From: Rhodothermales bacterium
GTDB taxonomy: Bacteria; Bacteroidota; Rhodothermia; Rhodothermales; Bin80
DNA length: 64,000 nt
Direction of reading: 5' to 3'
Assembly (NCBI GenBank): GCA_965207385.1
Contig: CBDBLZ010000017.1
Coordinates: 65,090 to 129,089 of the forward strand
In this document: positions 23,010 through 33,879 of the stretch, in pieces
Layout of the letters: each line of letters starts with the position of its first letter
Position numbering within the stretch: the stretch's first letter is position 1
Program-made: the position numbers and the translations under genes
The notes under the pieces: generated by a model
The model's input: the letters and a program-made list of their open reading frames with translations, nothing else
What the model was told of the DNA's origin: nothing
Database searches by the model: none

Positions 23010-25919
23010 CTAGGAGCCGCCTGCGCTTTCCGCCTGCTCCCCCGACAGGGAATCCGCCTCATCCGGTCCTTCGAACGTCTGGCGCAACTCCTCGGGTGTA
23101 ATGGGCGCCTCTGCAGCTCCGGTCATCGTTAGCAGCCGATTCTGAAATGCAGCGGCGGCCTCGTAGTCCCGCGCCTCCAAATAGGACATGTAGATGGCAT
23201 CCACAAACGCCGTCGCCCGATCAGTTCCGGCTCCGCGCTCCAGCTGGTGCATGATCAGGTCCTCGGCTCCCTTTGCAAGACCGCTTACGTGGTCCGTGCT
23301 TCCAGCGCTCAGGTAAGCCCTTGCTACCAACAGGAAGGACCGCTCATCGCCGGGGATGGTTTCAAACGGAATCTCCTCCATCATGAAATCCAGCAATTCG
23401 ACAGCCTCGTCGTTGCGCCCGACCTCCGCCAGCTTCATCGCCGTCTGTCCAAAGACGTTGCGGTAGTTGTCCACCATCTGGCGAATGTTCTGGTCGAAGT
23501 AGACATCGGGATCATCCAGGCCCCTGAACCGGAATCTGCGGAGCTTTTCGGGCGTCACGTCCGGCACGACGCGCCCCAACGGCTCATTGTGCCGAACGGG
23601 CACCACGCGTTGCGCCTGTCCTTCGAGCTGAAAATACTCGTTGAGATCCAGCCATCCGTCGGGACTTACGGTGACGGCAAAGTATACGGGGCGCCCCCAT
23701 CCCTGCTGCGCATTCGTGTGCAGAATGTCGAACGCTGCCCTGTCCGCCGCGTACAGCAGCCGCACTTCTTCTCCAGTGGACGGATTCTGGCCCCAGGTCC
23801 TGCCCCTGAGCGTCCAGGTCATGGGGCTCTCGACGCTGTCTTCGAGGGATGCGCCAAGGTATACGTCCGAGAATTCCTCCTGCTGCTTAACGTCCACGGG
23901 AAGCGCGACCGTCTCCGGCCTCCATCGTGTTATTCCCAGGCCCGAGATGGCAGCATCACTCATGGTTATAGGCAGTGGCGCCGACTCGCGCGATGCCTGG
24001 TGCTTGAGCTGCCGGATATACCACGACGTGTTGAGGAGCGACAGATTGACCACGCGTACGTCGCGCCGCACTTGCTCGACTTCCTGGGCATACCACAGCG
24101 GGAATGTGTCGTTGTCCCCGTTGGTGAACAGGATGGAATGCTCGTCCGTGCTAATGAGCATGTTGTAGGCATAGTCCGGCGCCACGTACCGTCCGGAGCG
24201 GTCATGGTCATCATAGTTTTCCACGGCCATCCAGCCCGGCACGGCCAGAAACACCAGCGCGCCCAGCCCAACGAGGGCGTACCGCCGCAGCTCTTGCCAG
24301 CGGCCCTGCATCGAGTCCAGGACCAGCTGCAGCAGCCCCGTTGCCCCGAGGCCTATCCACAGGCTGAAGGCAAAAAAGCTGGCCACATAGCTGTAGTCCC
24401 GCTCCCTGGGCTGCATGGGAGTCTGGTTCAGGTACAGGATGATACCGATGCCGGTGATCAGAAACAGAACCAGCACGCTGAAGGCCCGGCGCCAGTCCCG
24501 CGAAAAATGATACATCATGCCGAAAAGGCCCAGAAGCAACGGCAGCGCAAAATAGCGGTTGCGCCCTGCCCACTCGCTCGGCGTCTGGAAGTAGGTATCA
24601 TACTCGCCGTCGATGAGCCCGAGACCGGTGATGGCCCTTGAGTCCTGCAGGTCCGACTCCTTGCCCGTGAAATTCCACAGGAAGTAGCGCACGTACATGT
24701 GCCCCACCTGGTAGCGCCAGAAGAAGCTCCAATCCGAGTCGTAGCGGGCATACTCGCGCCAGTGCTGCGGCATGGCGGAGTAGCGCCTTGGCAGGTACTT
24801 CTCGGCCGTCTCGCTGACCATGTTTGTGCGGTCGTCGAATGCCGGCCCTTGCAAGAGCGGCGTTTCGCCGTACTGCTCCCTCGTCAGATAGGAAACAATA
24901 GCTGCAGGTGTCTCGGGATCATTCTCGTCAATGGGCGGATTCGAAGCGCTCCGGATGAAAATGAGGGCATACGTCGAGTATCCGATCAGCACCATGAGCA
25001 GACAGAGCGCCGCCAAATTGGCCACGGGCCATCCGCGGCGGTGCGTGTAGTAAACGCTGAAGACCACGAGCGCCACCACGCCGAATAGTGTTACAAGCGG
25101 GGCAGCAGTCCGGCCGGCCATTTCCGGCAGCTTCTGGATGATGCCGGGATAGACAACGAAAAATGCCAGGGACGCCACCAGGAGTGCGGTCAGGATCCCG
25201 CCCCACCGCCTCGTAGACCGCCAGTCAGGCCGGCCTTCCACCGTCCACTCGGACCGGTCGAATTCCTCGAAGAAGATTATGAGGGCGATGAAGAACAGCG
25301 CCAGAAGACTCAGCAGGTGCACGCCGATCGCAAGCCCGAACAGGTAAGCCACGAGCACGAGCACGCGATTGGCACTGAGACCGAACGGGTTGTGTCCGCC
25401 CCGCAGGGAGGCCTCCTCCTTGCGTGCCAGTTCGCTCCAGCGCATGATGAGCCACACCACGAGTGCGGTAAAAAGCATGGAAAGCGCGTACACTTCCGCC
25501 TCCACCGCATTGAACCAGAACGAATCCGTCACCGCAAAGGTACAGGCCCCCACAACGCCTCCCGAAATGGCCAGGAGACGCTGGCTGAACGTCCATTGCC
25601 CGGGATCTCCCTGCCACTGCTGCACCAGCCGTACGATGATCCAGTACGTTAGAAGCACCGTCAGGGCACTTGCCAGCACGGAGAGCAGATTCACGGACAG
25701 CGAGACGTACTCCATGGGCACAAACATGGAAAACAGTCTGCCCACCAGCATGAAGAAGGGAGCCCCCGGAGGGTGCGAAACCTGCAGTCCGTGCGCAATG
25801 GCGATGAACTCGCCGGAATCCCAGAAGCTGGCCGTGGGTGCAACGGTCAGCACGTACAGCACGAGCGCGTAGCCGAACACACAGGCAGCAGCGATGCCGT
25901 GGACCCGATTCCAGTTCAT
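23010..25919 (-). CDS. DUF2723 (glycosyltransferase-like polytopic membrane) protein with a C-terminal TPR-like region
   Basis: ORF 23010..26033 trimmed to MNWNRVHGIAAACVFGYALVLYVLTVAPTASFWDSGEFI (ATG at 25919), the typical DUF2723 N-terminus. This leaves 112 bp to the divergent lptF/G-like gene. Confidence 0.75.
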   Translation of the reverse strand: MNWNRVHGIAAACVFGYALVLYVLTVAPTASFWDSGEFIAIAHGLQVSHPPGAPFFMLVGRLFSMFVPMEYVSLSVNLLSVLASALTVLLTYWIIVRLVQQWQGDPGQWTFSQRLLAISGGVVGACTFAVTDSFWFNAVEAEVYALSMLFTALVVWLIMRWSELARKEEASLRGGHNPFGLSANRVLVLVAYLFGLAIGVHLLSLLALFFIALIIFFEEFDRSEWTVEGRPDWRSTRRWGGILTALLVASLAFFVVYPGIIQKLPEMAGRTAAPLVTLFGVVALVVFSVYYTHRRGWPVANLAALCLLMVLIGYSTYALIFIRSASNPPIDENDPETPAAIVSYLTREQYGETPLLQGPAFDDRTNMVSETAEKYLPRRYSAMPQHWREYARYDSDWSFFWRYQVGHMYVRYFLWNFTGKESDLQDSRAITGLGLIDGEYDTYFQTPSEWAGRNRYFALPLLLGLFGMMYHFSRDWRRAFSVLVLFLITGIGIILYLNQTPMQPRERDYSYVASFFAFSLWIGLGATGLLQLVLDSMQGRWQELRRYALVGLGALVFLAVPGWMAVENYDDHDRSGRYVAPDYAYNMLISTDEHSILFTNGDNDTFPLWYAQEVEQVRRDVRVVNLSLLNTSWYIRQLKHQASRESAPLPITMSDAAISGLGITRWRPETVALPVDVKQQEEFSDVYLGASLEDSVESPMTWTLRGRTWGQNPSTGEEVRLLYAADRAAFDILHTNAQQGWGRPVYFAVTVSPDGWLDLNEYFQLEGQAQRVVPVRHNEPLGRVVPDVTPEKLRRFRFRGLDDPDVYFDQNIRQMVDNYRNVFGQTAMKLAEVGRNDEAVELLDFMMEEIPFETIPGDERSFLLVARAYLSAGSTDHVSGLAKGAEDLIMHQLERGAGTDRATAFVDAIYMSYLEARDYEAAAAFQNRLLTMTGAAEAPITPEELRQTFEGPDEADSLSGEQAESAGGS

Positions 25920-26031
25920 GGGGCTGTCCTGCGGTTCAGACACATAAACTCCTGTAACTCCGGCACTGGATGCGGGTTGCGTTGACGGATTCCAGGCCGG
26001 CGCGCGGGACTCGGTCATACAGGCACAGGCC

Positions 26032-27420
26032 ATGAAGCTGTTTCACCGAATAATCCTGCAGTCGCTGCCCGGACCGTTCCTGGGCTGGCTTGCCGCGCTG
26101 CTCTTTCTGCTGGTGATGCAGTTTTTGATCAAGCACTTGCCGGACATTGCCGGCCGGGGACTCCCCCTGGGCATGATACTGGAACTGATTGCCTACAGCA
26201 TTGCCTACATGGTTGTGCTCGCAGTGCCGATGGCCACGCTGCTCGCCTGCCTCATGGCTTTCGGGCGCCTGATTGAAAGCAGGGCCTACATTGTTATCAG
26301 GAATTCGGGCGTATCGCTCTTTCAGCTCGCCTGGCCCGTGCTGGCTATCGGGGCCCTACTGTCGGCAGGCATGACGTACTTCAACAACGTGATTCTGCCA
26401 GAGTCCAACTTTCGCGCACGGGGCATCTTCCTGGACATCCGGAAGAAGCGCCCGGACTTCGAATTGCAGGTCGGAACGTTTTACGAGGGGATCCGCAACT
26501 ACAGCATCCTGGTCCGCGAGCGAGACGAGGCCACGGGCGAACTGCATGGCATACTGATCTACGACTATTCGCGCGGTAGCCGCAGCGCTGTCACGATCCG
26601 GGCCCGCTCCGCGCGGCTTGTCCCTCGCAGCAACAATGCCGACCTGCTGCTGGAGGATGGCGAAGTGCACCGGCTTGCCTATGCTTCTTCCCTCTCCAGC
26701 CGCGAGCGTTACGAGCGCATGCGCTTCGACCGCCACCGGCTGCGCCTGGATCTCTCCGAATTCGAATTTGAGCGCAGCGACCCGGCAGAAGGCAGCCGGT
26801 CAGACCGGTCTACCCCCACCTCCGCGATGGTAGAGCTGGTGGATTCGCTCGAGGTCGCAGCCGCCGCAACGCGCGATTTGCTTCGGAGCTCGACACTGGC
26901 CGTAGTCCAGGCGGATTCCCTGCACCATGCGGCTCCGGATCATTCGGAGCTTTTCAGCACGCCGCCTTCGCGCGTGGCGCTCGGAGGACTAACCCGGCGC
27001 CAGGGAAGGCAGGTCTACGAGCATGCGGTCGAATCGGCGCGCATTGCACACCGGGACGCCGAACGCCTCGGCCGGCGGCTGTCGCGTGAAGAACGCTGGA
27101 TCAGTCAATACCGCGTCGAAATCTACAAGAAATACGCCATTGCGCTGACCTGCCTGATCTTTGCCCTGATTGGTGCTCCGCTGGGCCTGAGCATCCGCTC
27201 CGGAGGTCTGGGCAAGTCGGCGCTCATCGCGCTCGGACTCTTCCTGTTCTACTGGGTCTTTCTGGTCCAGGGAGAAAAGCTCGCCGACCGCTCATTCATC
27301 AGTCCTTGGGTCGGCATGTGGATGGCCGACATCATCCTGGGCGCGGTGGGCATAGCCCTGTTCCTGTACGTGGCGCTAGATATGAAGACTACGGTGCGAT
27401 CAAGCCGCCGCCGGAGATAG
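26032..27420 (+). CDS. LptF/LptG (YjgP/YjgQ) family permease
   Basis: 462-aa ORF. MKLFHRIILQSLPGPFLGWL, the topology and a central periplasmic beta-jellyroll-sized insert fit the family. Confidence 0.75.
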   Translation: MKLFHRIILQSLPGPFLGWLAALLFLLVMQFLIKHLPDIAGRGLPLGMILELIAYSIAYMVVLAVPMATLLACLMAFGRLIESRAYIVIRNSGVSLFQLAWPVLAIGALLSAGMTYFNNVILPESNFRARGIFLDIRKKRPDFELQVGTFYEGIRNYSILVRERDEATGELHGILIYDYSRGSRSAVTIRARSARLVPRSNNADLLLEDGEVHRLAYASSLSSRERYERMRFDRHRLRLDLSEFEFERSDPAEGSRSDRSTPTSAMVELVDSLEVAAAATRDLLRSSTLAVVQADSLHHAAPDHSELFSTPPSRVALGGLTRRQGRQVYEHAVESARIAHRDAERLGRRLSREERWISQYRVEIYKKYAIALTCLIFALIGAPLGLSIRSGGLGKSALIALGLFLFYWVFLVQGEKLADRSFISPWVGMWMADIILGAVGIALFLYVALDMKTTVRSSRRRR

Positions 27421-27423
27421 GGC

Positions 27424-28092
27424 ATGCTGCATCTCGTTCCCACCCCGGTCGGCAACCTCGAGGATATCACGCTGCGTGCGCTCAAGACGCTGCAAAGCGT
27501 GGACCTGATTGCGTGCGAGGATACGCGACGTAGCGCGGTCTTGCTTCGGCACTACGGCATTGCTACGCCGACCACAAGCTACCACGACCACAACGAGCGG
27601 AAAAAGGCCCCGCGACTGGTGGCACGCATGCTGGCCGGCGAACAGGTGGCGCTCATTTCGGACGCCGGCTCGCCGGGTGTTTCAGATCCTGGCTTCTACC
27701 TCGTGCGCGCCTGCCTGAAAGAAGGCATCGTAGTCTCCGCATTGCCCGGGGCGACGGCTTTTGTACCTGCCCTGACGGCAAGCGGACTGCCTTGCGAACG
27801 GTTCTCCTTCGAAGGATTTCTGCCGGCGCGCAAGGGTCGCGCGCGCCGGCTGCGCGCCCTGGCAGACGAGACCCGCACCGTGGTTCTCTATGAGGCGCCG
27901 CACCGCCTCCTGCGAACCCTTGCAGATCTGGAACAGGCATGCGGCGCGGATCGTCCCGCAGTCATCGGGCGCGAACTGACCAAGAAGTTCGAGGAATTCC
28001 GCCGGGGAACACTGGGTGAGATTCGCCGCATCTTTGCCGACGAGGCTTCCCTGCGCGGCGAGATGGTCATTATCATGGGCGCTGCCCCGTAG
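27424..28092 (+). CDS. rsmI: 16S rRNA (cytidine1402-2'-O)-methyltransferase
   Basis: 222-aa ORF with LHLVPTPVGNLEDITLRALKTLQSVDLIACEDTR and ISDAGSPGVSDPG. Confidence 0.9.
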   Translation: MLHLVPTPVGNLEDITLRALKTLQSVDLIACEDTRRSAVLLRHYGIATPTTSYHDHNERKKAPRLVARMLAGEQVALISDAGSPGVSDPGFYLVRACLKEGIVVSALPGATAFVPALTASGLPCERFSFEGFLPARKGRARRLRALADETRTVVLYEAPHRLLRTLADLEQACGADRPAVIGRELTKKFEEFRRGTLGEIRRIFADEASLRGEMVIIMGAAP

Positions 28093-28107
28093 CCGCCTGA
28101 CGCTCCC

Positions 28108-28744
28108 ATGACGACAATTGCCAGCTTCACCTGCAACCCGTTCCAGACCAACTGCTTTCTGGCGCACAGCGCCGGAGAGGCCGTGCTCGTGGATGCCAGC
28201 TCATACGGACCCGAAGAGCACGCCGGAATCGAGCAGTACGTGGAAGAGCATGGACTCAAGGATCCGGCACCTGCTGCTGACGCATGCGCACATCGACCAC
28301 CTTTACGGATGCACCCATTTCGAGAAGCGTTACGGTCTATCGTGGCAAATCCATCCGGAAGCAAGTCCCATGCTGAAACAGGCGGCTGTTCAGGCCATGC
28401 TTCTGGGTGCCCCGCGGGTGAGCGTGCCTGGGACCCGCCCCACGCTGCAGGATGGCGACACGATCCGTTTCGGCACCTCCACGTGGCAGATTCTGCACAC
28501 GCCGGGGCATGCACCCGGATCTGTCTGCTTTGTGGACGCCGAGAGCGGCTTTGTCCTGGTGGGCGACGTACTGTTCATGGGTTCCATCGGGCGCACGGAC
28601 CTTCCAAAGGGCTCACTGCCGCTTCTCATGCGATCCATATTCGACAAGCTGATGCCCCTGCCGGACGACATGGTGGTCTACTCCGGCCACGGCCCCGCGA
28701 CTACGATCGGGCAGGAAAGAAGAACCAATCCCTTCTTGCAATAA
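28108..28744 (+). pseudogene. MBL-fold metallo-hydrolase (glyoxalase II-like) interrupted by a 1-nt frameshift at ~28261
   Basis: The N-terminus is in frame 28108 (MTTIASFTCNPFQTNCFLAHSAGEAVLVDAS...EEHGLK). The rest is in frame 28118 (IRHLLLTHAHIDHLYG...HTPGHAPGS...SGHG). Removing one G from aaGGatc restores HGLKIRHLLLTHAHIDH. Confidence 0.8.
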
Positions 28745-29004
28745 TCGCAGTGTGGACGGGCAGAAACTCAGCCGACCGTGCACACCCGATTGGGGCAGAA
28801 TGAACAACGTGCGGACCTGCCGTTTGGCATGACGCATAGGGCCTCACACGCTGCGCCCGGCCTCCGGCGGGTTTTGAACCAGCCGCCGGTTGGGGCATGC
28901 CAGGCCTGCCGCCACGCCAGGGACTGGTCAGGCGCAATTCGGCCGCCGATCCGCGCTTCTGTCTGGCACGAGAGACAGGGTGGGCCGAACAGCGACCGAA
29001 CCTT

Positions 29005-31134
29005 ATGGCGGCAAAGCCGGGTATCACGGCCATTATGCAAGAAACCGTGGCGGGGCAGCCATGCTCCGGACCTCCGGCGTCGCCCGGCGCCACGCTGGTC
29101 ACCGTAATCATTGTCAATTACAATGTCCGAGAACTGCTGCAGCAGGCGCTCAGGAGCGTCCAGCGAGCCGCAGCCGGACTGCGGGCTGAGATTTTCGTCG
29201 TGGACAATGATTCAGTGGACGGTTCTGTCGACATGCTACGCCGGGAGTTTCCGGACGTCCATGTGATCGAAAACAAGCAGAATGTCGGCTTTGCCGCGGC
29301 CAACAACCAGGCCATCCTGGCCTCCAGGGGCAAGTACCTGCTGATTCTCAATCCCGACACCATAGTTCAGGAGGACACGCTGGAAGCCCTCGTCGGCTTC
29401 ATGGACAAGCATCCGCAGGCAGGTGCCGCAGGCTGCAAGATCCTCAACCCGGACGGTTCCTTCGCCAGGGAAAGCCGCCGCGCTTTCCCGACGCCCAGAG
29501 TGGCCTTTTATCGGATGACGGGACTCAGCCGGCTGTTTCCCCGGAGCAAGGTATTCGGGCGGTATAATCTCAGCTATCTGCCCATCGACGAGATCGCCGA
29601 GGTGGATGCGCTGAGCGGCTCGTGCATGATGGTGAGGCGGGCGGCCCTCCTTGGGCCGTGGCCGGCCGCTCCCGCCCCGGGCGAAATCCCGGATGCCGAG
29701 GCCTACCAGGGTGGCGGACTGATGGACGAGGGATTCTTCATGTACGGAGAGGATCTGGACTGGTGCTACCGCATTCAGCGCTCCGGATGGAAGATCTTCT
29801 ATACGCCTGAAACCCAGATTATCCATTACAAGGGGGCCAGCACCCGGAAGAGCGAGCTGCGTTACGTGCGGCTGTTTCACGGCGCCATGCTTCGCTTTGC
29901 CGATAAGCACCTGCAGGATTCCTATCCCCGCTTCTTCCTCTGGGTGCTCCGGCTGGCCGTCCTTTTCCGCGCCCTGGCGGCGGCGGTCGGCCATGCGCTC
30001 AGGCGCCAGCTGCTTCTGGATTTCCTGCTATTGGCAGCGGCCGTTTCCGCCCTCGGATGGTTCCGTTCCGTGTCCCTGGTTACCGGGTTTCCACCCGTCT
30101 ACTACGCCGTCATTGCCCCGGGCTTCGCCATGCTGGCGGTGTGCACCATCGGCGCCATCGGCGGGTACCGGGGACGCAGTACCCGGCTGGGCCCCGTACT
30201 GGTCGGCGTGGCCACAGCCGTCGTGCTGCTTTCTGCTGCCTCCTTCTACTTCAAGCAGATAGCCTTTTCCAGGGCCGTGGTACTGGCCTGTCTGCCAGCA
30301 GGCGTATTGCTGTTGGCTGCCGTGCGACTGCTTCGCCGCGGCAAGAGGCACCTTCGCGGACGCACGCTGTTTGTCGGCCACCCGGACGAGGCTTCACATC
30401 TCAGGCGGGCCCTCCATGCAAGCGGCACGCCACCCTATGAACTGGTAGGTTACGTCGCCGCGAAGTCGGGGCGGCACGCCGGCGCCAGCGGTGCCATGAC
30501 GAGGCTGGGCTCGCTCCACCAGCTCAGGGACATCGTGAAGCTGCACCGCATCAGCGATGTTGTATTTGGTGCATCGAGCCTTTCGAACAAGACCATATTC
30601 ACGCTCATGCAGCGTTTGCACGGACTGCCCGCCCAGTGCCGCATCCTGGCAGAAGGCCCGCTGCAGATTATCGGCAACTCGCTGGACCGGAGCCATTCGG
30701 ACGGGACGCTGCTGGAAGCCGAGGAGGCTATCGGAGCCCTTCGAGGCTCCAACTGGCTATTTGACAGCAGCGTCGCGCTGCTGGGGGCCGTCCTGCACCC
30801 GGCGATTGCTGCCACCGCCCGCCTGCAGGGAACGTCGTCCTTCTGGCGGTCGCTGGCCCTGCGCACACGTCAGTGGCCGACCGTCCTTGTGGGACGCCGC
30901 TCCGTCGTCGGCTACCGCTCGAAGGACAATTACATTCCTCCCGGCGAGTGGCGCCTCAGGGAAGGTGTATTCACCGTAACCGAAGCCCTGGACAGAAACC
31001 GGCCCGTGAGCCCGGAGGAAGCGGAGCAAGCGTACTGGTATTACGTTAGGAACCAGTCTGCTTTCCTCGACTGGATCATTGTGCTGCGGGCTATTCGTTT
31101 GATGAAACACGGGCATCGCCGCCCGCTTTCCTGA
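29005..31134 (+). CDS. family-2 glycosyltransferase fused to a polytopic membrane region and a C-terminal cytoplasmic domain
   Basis: ORF 28897..31134; the start is uncertain (29005 or 29035). The GT2 core is VTVIIVNYNVRELL...VVDNDSVDGS...NVGFAAANNQ...LNPDT...GEDLDWCYR, followed by about 6 hydrophobic helices. Confidence 0.7.
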   Translation: MAAKPGITAIMQETVAGQPCSGPPASPGATLVTVIIVNYNVRELLQQALRSVQRAAAGLRAEIFVVDNDSVDGSVDMLRREFPDVHVIENKQNVGFAAANNQAILASRGKYLLILNPDTIVQEDTLEALVGFMDKHPQAGAAGCKILNPDGSFARESRRAFPTPRVAFYRMTGLSRLFPRSKVFGRYNLSYLPIDEIAEVDALSGSCMMVRRAALLGPWPAAPAPGEIPDAEAYQGGGLMDEGFFMYGEDLDWCYRIQRSGWKIFYTPETQIIHYKGASTRKSELRYVRLFHGAMLRFADKHLQDSYPRFFLWVLRLAVLFRALAAAVGHALRRQLLLDFLLLAAAVSALGWFRSVSLVTGFPPVYYAVIAPGFAMLAVCTIGAIGGYRGRSTRLGPVLVGVATAVVLLSAASFYFKQIAFSRAVVLACLPAGVLLLAAVRLLRRGKRHLRGRTLFVGHPDEASHLRRALHASGTPPYELVGYVAAKSGRHAGASGAMTRLGSLHQLRDIVKLHRISDVVFGASSLSNKTIFTLMQRLHGLPAQCRILAEGPLQIIGNSLDRSHSDGTLLEAEEAIGALRGSNWLFDSSVALLGAVLHPAIAATARLQGTSSFWRSLALRTRQWPTVLVGRRSVVGYRSKDNYIPPGEWRLREGVFTVTEALDRNRPVSPEEAEQAYWYYVRNQSAFLDWIIVLRAIRLMKHGHRRPLS

Positions 31135-31140
31135 CTCTGT

Positions 31141-32136
31141 ATGGCAAAGCCCGCCCACAAATATCTTTTGGACTTCGAGAAACCGCTCGTCGAACTTGAG
31201 GAGAAGCTCAATGAGATGAGAGCGGTGGACACGTCGCGCGGCGACGTGGACCTGTCGGAAGAAATTGCGGCGCTGGCGGCCAGGGTGGACGAGCTCCGCG
31301 CGTCCATCTACCAGAATCTGACCCGGTGGCAACGCGTCCAGATTGCGAGGCATCCGCTCAGGCCATACACGCTGGATTATATCGAAGCCATCACGAGCGG
31401 CTTTGTGGAAATGCATGGCGACCGCGCCTTTGCCGATGACCGCGCCATCGTTGGCGGCTTCGCAATGCTGACGGGCAGCACCTTTGGCTATCGCGACCGG
31501 GCAGTGCTGGTGATCGGGCACCAGAAGGGGCGCGATACCAAGAGCCGCAAATTCAGGCGGTTCGGCATGCCCAACCCGGAGGGATACCGAAAGGCGGGGC
31601 GGCTCATGAAGCTGGCAGCAAAGTACAACAAGCCGGTTGTATGCCTGATTGACACGCCCGGCGCCTATCCCGGGATGGAAGCCGAGGAACGAGGCCAGGC
31701 CGAGGCCATAGCCCGCAATCTCTTCGAAATGGCCCGGCTACCGGTTCCCATTGTGATTGTCATCATTGGCGAAGGGGCCTCGGGAGGAGCCCTCGGGATC
31801 GGCGTCGGCGACCGGCTATTGATGCTTGAGAACGCCTGGTACTCCGTTATAGCACCTGAAAGCTGCTCGTCGATTCTATGGCGCTCCTGGGACTACAAGG
31901 AGGAAGCTGCCCGCGCCCTGAAGCTGACGGCGCCGGACCTGATTGAGCTCGGCGTCATCGATACCATCGTGCCGGAACCAACCGGTGGCGCGCACCGTGA
32001 TCCGGAGACGGCCTTTCGCGCCGTGGGTACCGCTGTCTGCAATGTCCTCAGGGAACTCGAGCCGCTCTCAACGGAAGAGTTGCTGGATGGGCGTCTTGCG
32101 CGGCTGGATAAAGTCGGAGTGTTCGAAGAGGGGTAG
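31141..32136 (+). CDS. accA: acetyl-CoA carboxylase carboxyltransferase subunit alpha
   Basis: 331-aa ORF with [37 protein letters not shown] and [11 protein letters not shown]. Confidence 0.9.
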   Translation: MAKPAHKYLLDFEKPLVELEEKLNEMRAVDTSRGDVDLSEEIAALAARVDELRASIYQNLTRWQRVQIARHPLRPYTLDYIEAITSGFVEMHGDRAFADDRAIVGGFAMLTGSTFGYRDRAVLVIGHQKGRDTKSRKFRRFGMPNPEGYRKAGRLMKLAAKYNKPVVCLIDTPGAYPGMEAEERGQAEAIARNLFEMARLPVPIVIVIIGEGASGGALGIGVGDRLLMLENAWYSVIAPESCSSILWRSWDYKEEAARALKLTAPDLIELGVIDTIVPEPTGGAHRDPETAFRAVGTAVCNVLRELEPLSTEELLDGRLARLDKVGVFEEG

Positions 32137-32549
32137 GATGCAAGCGGCGTTCTGGCTGTAGCCGGAGCCAACCGTGTCTTGCCTGAGACGACGGGCGGGC
32201 GCCCGTGGCGGCGTCTCGTTCGAGAAATGCTGCATTCGTCGAATCACAGGGCTGGCGCCAGGCGATGCTGCTGCTCTTTGAAGGGTCCTGCGCGCTAGGC
32301 CGAACGATCCTCGTTTGCTACTCCCTTGCAGGCTGGACAGGGCGATTGCTTCCGGGACGATGTGTACCACCACCGCTTTCGTCGGGAGCGGGAGCTATGC
32401 GCGCCTCACCTTCAGTACCTTTCGTGTGGCAGAATAGGTTTGCTCAGGTCCAGGTCCGAGGACGATTGCTGCGTTAGAAGGCATAAACCCGCGTACGTCG
32501 TCAGGCCCAATCCTTTAATGCACCAGACAGTGGAATCCCGTATCAATTC

Positions 32550-32888
32550 ATGATGGAGGCGAAGAAGCGCAGCGTCCAGGAATATGAGGATTTACATGGT
32601 CGCAATCCGTACAAGAAATGGTTCGATGACCTCAATTACCATGCTGCCACCAAAGTGGCTGTGGCGCTTGCCCGGTTGAAGCAGGGCAATCTTTCCAACG
32701 TTAAGGCCTTGCGACGCGGCGTCTTCGAGCTTCGTATCCACTTCGGTCCAGGCTACCGAATCTACTTTGGCAAGGACGGCGACACGCTAATTGTTCTTCT
32801 CGGTGGCGGAACGGAAAAACGTCAGTCTGGTGACATAAATCGTGCGGAACGCCGCTGGCAGCAATACCTTCGACGTAGAACAGGATAA
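32550..32888 (+). CDS. type II toxin-antitoxin system toxin, RelE/HigB-like (addiction module killer family)
   Basis: 112-aa ORF with GVFELRIHFGPGYRIYFGKDGDTLIVLLGGGTEKRQSGDI, the characteristic killer-protein pattern. Confidence 0.75.
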   Translation: MMEAKKRSVQEYEDLHGRNPYKKWFDDLNYHAATKVAVALARLKQGNLSNVKALRRGVFELRIHFGPGYRIYFGKDGDTLIVLLGGGTEKRQSGDINRAERRWQQYLRRRTG

Positions 32889-32893
32889 AGGCT

Positions 32894-33211
32894 ATGCCAC
32901 TGACGCGGGACTACAGAGAGACGATTCGAGAGAGAATCAAGCGGGATCCGGAATTCCGTGAAGCACTTTTGCAGGAAGGTGTGGAGTGTATGTTGGGAGG
33001 CGACCTTGAGACTGGCAAGGCGGTGCTGCGCGACTACATTCTGGCCACCATGGGATTCAAGGATCTGGGCTCTTTGACCAACAAGTCCCCGAGGAGCCTG
33101 ATGCGCATGCTGGACGCACAAGGAAATCCTCAGGCCCGCAATCTATTCAAGATTGTCCAGTGCATTCAGGAACGCGAGGGCCTGCACTTGAGGGTGCACG
33201 CCGTTAGGTAA
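32894..33211 (+). CDS. type II antitoxin, HigA-like HTH (addiction module antidote family)
   Basis: 105-aa ORF 5 nt downstream of the toxin, with DPEFREALLQEGVECMLGGDLETGKAVLRDYI and RSLMRMLDAQGNPQARNLFKIV. Confidence 0.7.
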   Translation: MPLTRDYRETIRERIKRDPEFREALLQEGVECMLGGDLETGKAVLRDYILATMGFKDLGSLTNKSPRSLMRMLDAQGNPQARNLFKIVQCIQEREGLHLRVHAVR

Positions 33212-33879
33212 CCTGTGAAATGGTCGCTCCCTTTGCGACCGCGTTTCGAATCGCACGCACGGCTTTGCCATGCTGCTTAGCATGGATGTGTATCCGGTCC
33301 ACTCTAGAGGTCATTCCCGCAGGACGGTCACCCTTCAGGAAGGGTGCCGTCTGATTGAGGGTAAGATCTGGAGAGACTGCGCTGCCGTGAATCCCTTGTA
33401 CAGAATTCGTTACGGGTTGGCGAAAGAGCCGCCTTCTCGTATGCCACGCTGCCCAATTCATGGAGCGCCGGTTCGGCCGATTTCATTGCGAATGTACGGC
33501 GCTTGACTGAATCACGGGGTCAAGAGGGTCGAGTAATTCCGGGCGTCCCGTGAGTCGATTCTTGGTGAGGGTCGCCAATATACTCCCATGAAGGTCAAAT
33601 ACCGGCCCCTCCGCTTTTCGATGAGTCTTGTCGGGCACTGCTCGGTTGCAGGCACAGCTCCGGGCAAGAACCGATCAACAATCACATCGCACACTGGTAC
33701 AATTCCGGACATACAGGCATAATCGTTGACCCTGCGAGCCAGAATAGCGCCATCAAGGCGGGACTCTTCGGCTCAGGCGGTCTCGTGTGAAATATGAACC
33801 ACTCGCGACGCGCCCCAAACGCCTGAATCAGGTCCAAATACAAGTACTGTCCCGCCAATTAAAGGCTCGTGACGTCACC

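Noticed and set aside
23247-24641. 464-aa plus-strand ORF
   Set aside because: It is the antisense shadow of the DUF2723 gene, which has clear family motifs.
29236-29994. 252-aa minus-strand ORF (and 34756..35676, 306 aa; 36189..36935, 248 aa; 37079..37747, 222 aa)
   Set aside because: All are antisense to genes with strong family motifs (GT2, HDAC-like, M20, sugar transferase).
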